Source: Octopus vulgaris (Eukaryota). From it: DNA of 64,000 nucleotides. A model generated the notes under the pieces. The model did not search any database. It had not been told where the DNA came from and saw only the letters and a list, made by a program, of their open reading frames with translations. The position numbers and the translations under genes were made by a program. How positions within the stretch are numbered: position 1 is the first letter of the stretch; the number at the start of each line of letters is the position of its first letter. The DNA lies in NCBI GenBank assembly GCA_951406725.2, contig OX597830.1:7936001-8000000 (forward strand), given 5' to 3'. Shown here piece by piece: positions 56,844 to 64,000 of the stretch.

Positions 56844-57444
56844 ACACACATGCATACATACACACATAACACACACACACACATACACACACACATGCAT
56901 ACATACACACATAACACACACACACACATACACACACACATGCATACATATACACATAACACACACACACACATACACACACACATGCATACATACACAC
57001 ATACACACACACACATACACACACACATGCATACATACACACATACACACACACACACACATACACACACACATGCATACATACACACATACACATACAC
57101 ACACACATACACACACACATGCATACATACACACATAACACACACACACACATACACACACACATGCATACATACACACATAACACACACACACACATAC
57201 ACACACACATGCATACATACACACATACACACACACACACACATACACACACACATGCATACATACACACACATACACACACACACACACATACACACAC
57301 ACATGCATACATACACACATACACACACACACACACATACACACACACATGCATACATACACACATACACACACACACACACATACACACACACATGCAT
57401 ACATACACACATAACACACACACACACACATACACACACACATG

Positions 57445-57480
<36 letters not shown>

Positions 57481-57500
57481 CATACATACACACATACACA
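56696..57500. repeat. (CA)n-derived higher-order minisatellite (~40-bp period)
   Basis: Recurrent unit (ac)n-atacacacacacatgcatacatacacacata(a). Confidence 0.9.
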
Positions 57501-57539
57501 TTAAAGAATGTAATTGTGTAAAGCCGGAACAATGCGGGA

Positions 57540-57886
57540 AGGTACAGAGTAAACTACAAATTGAAAAGAAAACAGAACGAAGTTGCAGTTTTACTTTGTA
57601 TTTCTATATTTCGGGGTGAAAACCCCTTCTTCAGGACACTCGGAAAAGGGGTAACTGGAAAAAGTTTGTTTCTCAGAAGTGGGGGTGCGTGAAGGGACAT
57701 GGGCGGAAGGACGGAGATGACATGCGCGGATAGCTGTTGTTATATCAACCAGTCTGCTTCGTGTAGTTCCTTCCTGCTGTTAACGGTTGGTTTCAATTTG
57801 TTTATAAGGTCTTCCTTAATTCTGAGATGGCCCCTGGTGCGCTGGAGTTGCCTTGATGGAGACTTTGAAGTTCCGGGTTTGACACT
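57540..57886 (-). mobile_element. Penelope-like retroelement 3' end: GIY-YIG C-terminus plus terminal region with hammerhead
   Basis: RNFKVSI in one frame, then GHLRIKEDLINKLKPTVN, matching the L.IKE.L.I...KP.LN end of PLE GIY-YIG domains; hammerhead about 100 nt after the stop; cut off by a SINE at 57887. Confidence 0.75.
57600..57639 (-). ncRNA. Minimal type I hammerhead ribozyme motif
   Basis: GUGUC-CUGAAGA-A-GGGG(UUUUCA)CCCC-GAA-AUAU-A-GAAAU. Confidence 0.7.
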
Positions 57887-58108
57887 TCTTATTTCTTTAT
57901 TGCCCACAAGGGGACAAACAAGGACAGACAAACGGATTAAGTCGATTACATCGACCCCAGTGCGTAACTGGTACTTTATTTAATCGACCCCGAAAGGATG
58001 AAAGGCAAAGTCGACCTCGGCGGAATTTGAACTCAGAACGTAGCGGCAGACGAAATACCGCTGAGCATTTCGCCCGGCGTGCTAACGTTTCTGCTAGCTC
58101 GCCGCCTT
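57887..58108 (-). mobile_element. SINE family B, young
   Basis: Close reverse complement of 54004-54235. Confidence 0.92.
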
Positions 58109-58299
58109 ATAAAACTGACGATTGTGTAATGCATGAAAGTACTAGTTCATTTCAATATTGTAAAACTGTAAAAATTGCAAATGATAAAACGTGAAAATTT
58201 TGTTCCTCAGAAGTTGGAATTTCATTGCTTAATATATTTTTCTATACAGAATCAAACTTAGATATGTGTGTGTGTTTATGTGTGAGTGTGTGGGGGTGG

Positions 58300-58480
58300 G
58301 TTAGAGTGTTGGACAAAACGTTTCTTTACGACATAGGTTCAAATCCCGGCAAGTTCAGATTTGCCTTCTCTCCATTCGGGTCGGCAAAATATAATACCAG
58401 TCAAGTCCCACGGATAAATGGGGATTGACTAACTCCTCTCCCCTCAAAATGGCTGACCTTGGACCTAACTTAGAAGCAGT
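58300..58480 (+). mobile_element. SINE family B-related, diverged
   Basis: ggttcaaatcccggc..tttgccttctctccattcgggtcggcaaaatataataccag. Confidence 0.6.
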
Positions 58481-58511
58481 CATTGTTGTTGATAATATTC
58501 TTATTGTTCAG

Positions 58512-58730
58512 AAGGCGGCACGCAGGCAGAATCGTTTGTGTGCCGGACAAAATGCTTAGCGGCATTTCGTCCGTCTTTACATTTTTGGTTCAAATTCGGC
58601 CAGGGTCAGCTTTGTCTTTCATCCTTTCGAGGTCGATAAAATAAGTACCAGTCGATCACTGCGATCAATGTAATCGACTTAACCCCTTCCCACGAAAGTG
58701 CTGGCGTTGCACCAAAATTTGAAACCAATA
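58512..58730 (+). mobile_element. SINE family B
   Basis: aaggcggcacgcaggcagaatcg..ctttcatcctttcgaggtcgataaaataagtaccag. Confidence 0.85.
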
Positions 58731-58784
58731 GTGTTATAGTTGTTGTTTTTGTTGTTATTGTTGTCATTGTTCTTGTCATCAGTC

Positions 58785-58985
58785 CTAGGTCTGTCATGAT
58801 CCATCGTTTCTACGAACAACGTAGTTACAGCCGTGACCATCCTGTTCACTTTATTTCAACACCAATCTACGTACAATTCCATGAAACCGTGTGTCACTCA
58901 TAAGGTTTCATTTAAGACAATTCGGGCGATATTTAACTCCTATTTTTAGCCGATCGAGCAACCACATTGGACTTCCATTGTTAGC
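58785..58985 (+). mobile_element. Old interspersed repeat (family D)
   Basis: Motif order shared with 14125-14300. Confidence 0.4.
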
Positions 58986-59590
58986 ACATGGTTATAAGGG
59001 TACGCTAATTAAGATCAGCGACAAGAACTAAATACATAAATTCGTCCCAAATTGTGCAGTGCCGCCTTCTCTGGCAACGGATGGGGAGGGCGAATGAGTA
59101 TCTCTGAAGAGGGTGGGGTTCTATTAGAGTATATCGAAAGTGGGGAGGGGACTGTATCATGAAGGGTGGAGGTGGGGGTAATAGACCATCGCCAAAGTGT
59201 TGCTACGTCTCTCCAAGAACACAAGATGGTCGTAGCGAAGTAAGCCTGGTGATAATAGTTTACTAATGAGTGAAACCATTAGACGAGTTAATGACCTCAA
59301 CTATTGTTAAACGATTATCAAACATTGGCACCAGGTTGGTATCAATGGCTGGAATTTATCGAATTTGGTAAATTAATTGACTTCTTTTAACTAAGGCTAA
59401 TTGTCTAATGAAAATTGGGGAGGAGGTGGAGAGGCGGCCTATAATTAAATGAACGAAACCCTTCCCTCCCTCCCTCCCTCCCTCCCCAATGTCCCCTCTT
59501 AACGAATGTCACTGCTAATTATTCTGATAACGCATGCACACACAGATACACATACACACACACACACACATATTGTACATACATATACGC

Positions 59591-59634
<44 letters not shown>

Positions 59635-59663
59635 GTAAGTGTATGTGTGTGTAGAGAGAGAGA

Positions 59664-59716
<53 letters not shown>

Positions 59717-59947
59717 GGACGGACGGACGGACGGACGGACGGACGGACGGGTAGATGGATGGATGGATGGATGGATGGATGGATGGATGGATGGATGGAT
59801 GGATGGATGGATAGATGGATGGATATACATATATATATATGCATATATCATAAATTCTCCGTTGATAGGAATAAAAGCAAATAGACATCTTCCATGGTAG
59901 TACTCAATACATATAATTCAATACGTATATAATTATACTCATATATA

Positions 59948-60074
<127 letters not shown>

Positions 60075-60335
60075 TGTATGTATGTATGTGTGTATATGTA
60101 TAAGTATGATTAGATTTGCTTTTGTAATATAATTGTAAGGTCCAAGGATCGAGGTGTAGGAAGACAGTTAGCTTCGAGAAATCCGTAGTGAATATAAAAC
60201 AAACAACTTTCAAGAACAATTGCGGTTTATTGAGAGGGAAGGTCACGGATGTTTTGGGTTTTTTTATCGAACAACGATGAGCTGAAAAATATTTCTCATT
60301 ATAATTCCTCGGTAGGCAACAACGGTTGCTACCTT

Positions 60336-60422
<87 letters not shown>

Positions 60423-60624
60423 GTGTGCGCGCGCGCGCAGGGTAGGATAGGCAATCTCTTGTTGGTTTTGGAGTAAGAGAGAAGAATTAAGGTGGAAGCC
60501 AGCAGAAGAGGAGTAGAGACTTGGCCACTTCGACTGGCCGACAAACGGAGGGATGTTACGGTTCAGGGTCGAAATACCCGATGAGCGTTGGACACCAAGT
60601 AACGACATCAGTTCCTCCTAGCCA

Positions 60625-60677
<53 letters not shown>

Positions 60678-60842
60678 AAACAGAGTTAGCGGTTATAATA
60701 ACATTTTAAGGGCTAAAATATCTGTATGTACTATCGGTATCCGTTACCCGTGTTATCACCGGACATTGGTGTGCAGACGCTCCATACACGTAGAGTACAG
60801 ATAACATCAAGATAAACAAGAGTTTATCAGGAAACAATTATG

Positions 60843-61024
60843 AATAATTAGAAAATGGAGAAAACCTCAGATTAAGAAACACATCGATTGGACCACATTT
60901 ACAGCTTTTTTTTTTTTTAATACAAACGTCACCTATTTTGTTATGTCACACTTTGTATTAATAAATAAGCTATAAAAGTGGTCCATCGATGTTAATCTCA
61001 GGTTTTCTCCATTTTCTGATTATT
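60843..61024. repeat. Imperfect fold-back, ~75-85 bp arms, 25-bp spacer
   Basis: aataattagaaaatggagaaaacctcagattaa..taatacaaa versus tttgtatta..ttaatctcaggttttctccattttctgattatt. Confidence 0.85.
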
Positions 61025-61046
61025 TGTGCCTATATATATATATATA

Positions 61047-61435
61047 CTAGCAGTATCGCCCGGCGTTGCTCAGGTTTGTAAGGGAAATAACTATAAAGCA
61101 TTTTTAGAGAGTTATAGTCAAAAAATAGAAAAAAAAATGGAAAAAAAATTATGGTAAATTTTTTTTTGAGATTTAAAAAAAGGTTGAGTTGCGTCCCCTA
61201 GACAGTCTGTGGTTTGTTTTTTTTGTTTCTCGACCCCATGTCGAATTTATCGATTTTTTTCAGAACTGGGGGAACTTTTCAAAATTTTCGCTGCGTTAGT
61301 TTTGAATTATGACATTGGGCTATGTGTGTGTCAAGTTTCATCAGAATCGGTTGAAAGCCGTGGTCAGAGTGAGGGTACAAGCAAACAGATACTCAGAAAC
61401 ACGCACAGACAAACTGCCGTTTATATAGAGAGAGA
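61047..61435 (-). mobile_element. Non-autonomous Helitron
   Basis: Minus strand A|TC..tataaacggcagtttg..gagcaacgccgggcgatactgCTAG|T, no TSD. Confidence 0.88.
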
Positions 61436-61449
61436 TATATATATATATT

Positions 61450-61808
61450 CTTTTGTTCTTTTACTTGTTTCAGTCCTTTGACTGCGGCCATGCTGGAGCA
61501 CCGCCTTTAGTCGAGCAATTCGATCCCAGTACTTATCGTTTGTAAGCCTAGTAATTATTATATCGTCTCTTTTGCCGAACCGCTAAGTTACGGGGACCTA
61601 AACACACCACCATCGGTTTTCAAGCGATGTTGGGGACAAACACATGCACACACACACACACACAAACATACACACACACATATATATATATATACATGTA
61701 TCCGCTCACAAGGCTTTGGTTGGCCCGAGGCTATAGTAGAAGATACTTGCCCAAGATGCCACGCAGTGGGACTGAACCCGGAATCACGTGGTTGGTAAGT
61801 AAGCTACT
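61450..61808 (-). mobile_element. SINE family A
   Basis: Colinear with 14774-15140, with an internal deletion. Confidence 0.85.
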
Positions 61809-61884
61809 TAAAATATATATCAGAAAAGGAACACACTCTAAAGAATAGAGCAATAATTATTACAACAAAAATTTTAATTTGGGA

Positions 61885-61949
61885 CATAGAGTTACCAAGG
61901 TTTCGCATCCACAAAGCAAAACCTTATGGACAGCTCATCAGACCCTATA
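61885..61949 (-). ncRNA. Type I hammerhead ribozyme with intact core
   Basis: UAUAGGGU-CUGAUGA-[12-bp stem II]-GAAAC(CUUG)GU-A-ACUCUAUG; 8-bp stem I; predicted cleavage between 61893 and 61892. Confidence 0.85.
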
Positions 61950-62159
61950 TAAATACAAAATTTAAAATATCTACGTCTCAGACGTGAGGAAACGCTCAGT
62001 ACTCGAGGAATACGTCTTAGCAAAGTGTTAATGAGGACGGATTATCTACCCTGAATCAGAGGGGAGCGGGGAAAACCCTTATGGACTCGAAAGACGTATT
62101 CTTCGAGTTCTGAGCGTTTCCTAACGTCTGCGATGCAGATATTTTAACTTTTGCATTTA

Positions 62160-62225
62160 TATATAGTCTGACAAACTGTCCATAAGGTTTTGCTTTGTGG
62201 ATGCGAAACATTGGGTAACTCTCTG
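62160..62225 (+). ncRNA. Inactivated hammerhead copy
   Basis: Same stem II, but core CUGACAA (G8A), broken first pair of stem II and weakened stem I. Confidence 0.7.
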
Positions 62226-62256
62226 TCTAAGATATAAAATTTTGTTGTAATATATA

Positions 62257-62546
62257 TGTTTGTTCCTTCTCGAGCCACGCCTGGCTCATAGGGTCGGTTT
62301 CCCGGTTTCTTTGGCGTATAGTTTCCCCACGTGGCCGGGACGCCGGTCCGTCGCAGGTGAGCTGCAAGATGCAGGAGGAAAGAGTGAGAGAAAGTTGAAG
62401 CGAAAGAGTCAGCAGACGTTCGCCATTACCTTCTGCCGGAGCCGCGTGGAGCTTAGGGGGTTTCGCACATAAACACACTCATCGTCCGGTCTGAGATTCG
62501 AACCCGCGTCCCTCGAGTCCACTGCTCTAACCACTAGGCGATGTGC

Positions 62547-62550
<4 letters not shown>
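62257..62550 (-). mobile_element. tRNA-derived SINE (family V-like)
   Basis: Reverse complement of 2325-2637; B box gggttcgaatc. Confidence 0.88.
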
Positions 62551-62624
<74 letters not shown>

Positions 62625-62642
62625 AATAAATATTAGGAATGC

Positions 62643-62748
<106 letters not shown>

Positions 62749-63238
62749 TATACACGTTTTAGTATGTTGTAAGCATAAATATATAGCAACTTTAACATTT
62801 TTTAACTTAAATTTAGATTTATTTCTGTATTATAGTAGTATGGATAAAAAAATATCAAAACAAAATGGAATATTCCGATAGGCTTAATTAAAGTGCACCT
62901 GTCAACCCTTTTTTAATTTTTGTATAGAAAACAATTATATTTTCTTCTATTTTGGTCTGTCCGATTTTATTCTGGCATTTTCATGTTTATTTTGTAACTT
63001 TTTCATCGACACTCAAAACCTGTACTCTCTCTAACAGAACTTTCACAATGTAGCGCTTTATCTGATTTTACTGGATTTTACCTCGAGAATGGAACCCTGA
63101 AGAAAGAAATGTTTTTACACAAGGAGCTAAATTTGGACTATATCCTACAGCCCTTTAAAACATTTCTAAAACAACTGTAAGTTTGGACTGATCCTTTTTA
63201 ATCACCTCCTTTAATATATTTTCTACTGTCATGGTACC

Positions 63239-63278
<40 letters not shown>

Positions 63279-63594
63279 GTTCATTTCTTATTTTTATGCT
63301 TTGTATTTTTATTTATATATTTTTCATATTTTTATGTTTATATTTTTATATTTCTATATTCTTAGTATCTAACTCTTAATGTAAACATGTGGCTATTTGC
63401 ATAGAATAATGCCTCATGTCACACATCTGAATTGTGAATTTGCTTGGCTGAATGTTTAAGACAATTATTTGAAATTTTTATCGGATTCTAAATTTTATTA
63501 ATCTTTTAATCTTTACCTCATATACGAGCGAAAAAGCAGTTGTACTATATACTGGCGCTTTGCCTCCATTAAAATTCTCATATATATATATATA

Positions 63595-63934
63595 CTAGCA
63601 GTATCGCCCGGCGTTGCTCGGGTTTGTAAGGGAAATAACTATAAAGCATTTTTAGAGAGTTATAGCCCAAAAATGGGGGGGGGGGAAATGATGGTAAATT
63701 TTTTTTAGTTAAAAAGGTCGAGTTGCGTCCCCTAGACAGTCTGTGGTTTGTGTTTGTGATTCTCGACCCCATGTCGAATTTATCGATTTTTTTTCAGAAC
63801 TGGGGAACTTTTCAAAATTTTCGCTGCGTTAGTTTTGAATTATGACATTGGGCTGTGTGTCAAGTTTATCAGAATGAAATATATATAGGGTGATATACCA
63901 ACAGACACACAGAAATATACAGAGACAAATGCCG

Positions 63935-63945
<11 letters not shown>
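63595..63945 (-). mobile_element. Non-autonomous Helitron
   Basis: Same family as 61047; 3' cccgagcaacgccgggcgatactgCTAG|T; diverged 5' part. Confidence 0.85.
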
Positions 63946-63970
<25 letters not shown>

Positions 63971-64000
63971 GTGCATGTGTATGTTCTTTGACTTGAAGGT

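Larger units (their letters stand above)
61858..62252. mobile_element. Fold-back element (~160-bp arms, ~70-bp spacer) with a hammerhead in each arm; probably PLE- or retrozyme-derived
   Basis: 61858-62018 is an imperfect reverse complement of 62091-62252. Confidence 0.85.

Noticed and set aside
59038-59102. HDV-like ribozyme resemblance (gcc-ttctct-ggc ... ggcgaatg)
   Set aside because: P3 and a partial P1 can be drawn, but there is no P2 pairing and no P4.

Overview
AT-rich animal genomic DNA, most likely Octopus or a related coleoid cephalopod (inferred from the SINE repertoire and the very high microsatellite density). I find no intact host gene; almost every listed ORF is a translation of simple repeats. 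The window holds about 40 copies or fragments of tRNA-headed SINEs in at least four modular families and six 5'-truncated R4/Dong-type (RLE) LINE ends, mostly beside (TTA)n-type tracts. It also has two CR1-group LINE relics, three non-autonomous Helitrons, one internally deleted Tc1/mariner element, several fold-back structures and Penelope-like (PLE) termini. The strongest signal is a set of hammerhead ribozyme (HHR) motifs, all identified by eye. These are a complete type I HHR in a fold-back (61885-61949, minus), a minimal HHR with a compensatory G3:C8 core swap (26113-26155, minus), a minimal HHR behind a GIY-YIG C-terminus (57600-57639, minus) and further variants. Every intact or near-intact core is on the minus strand, and every plus-strand copy I found is broken. 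All R4/Dong ends are also minus, which suggests the window lies inside a long plus-strand transcript. Coordinates of degenerate repeats are approximate and no database search was possible.
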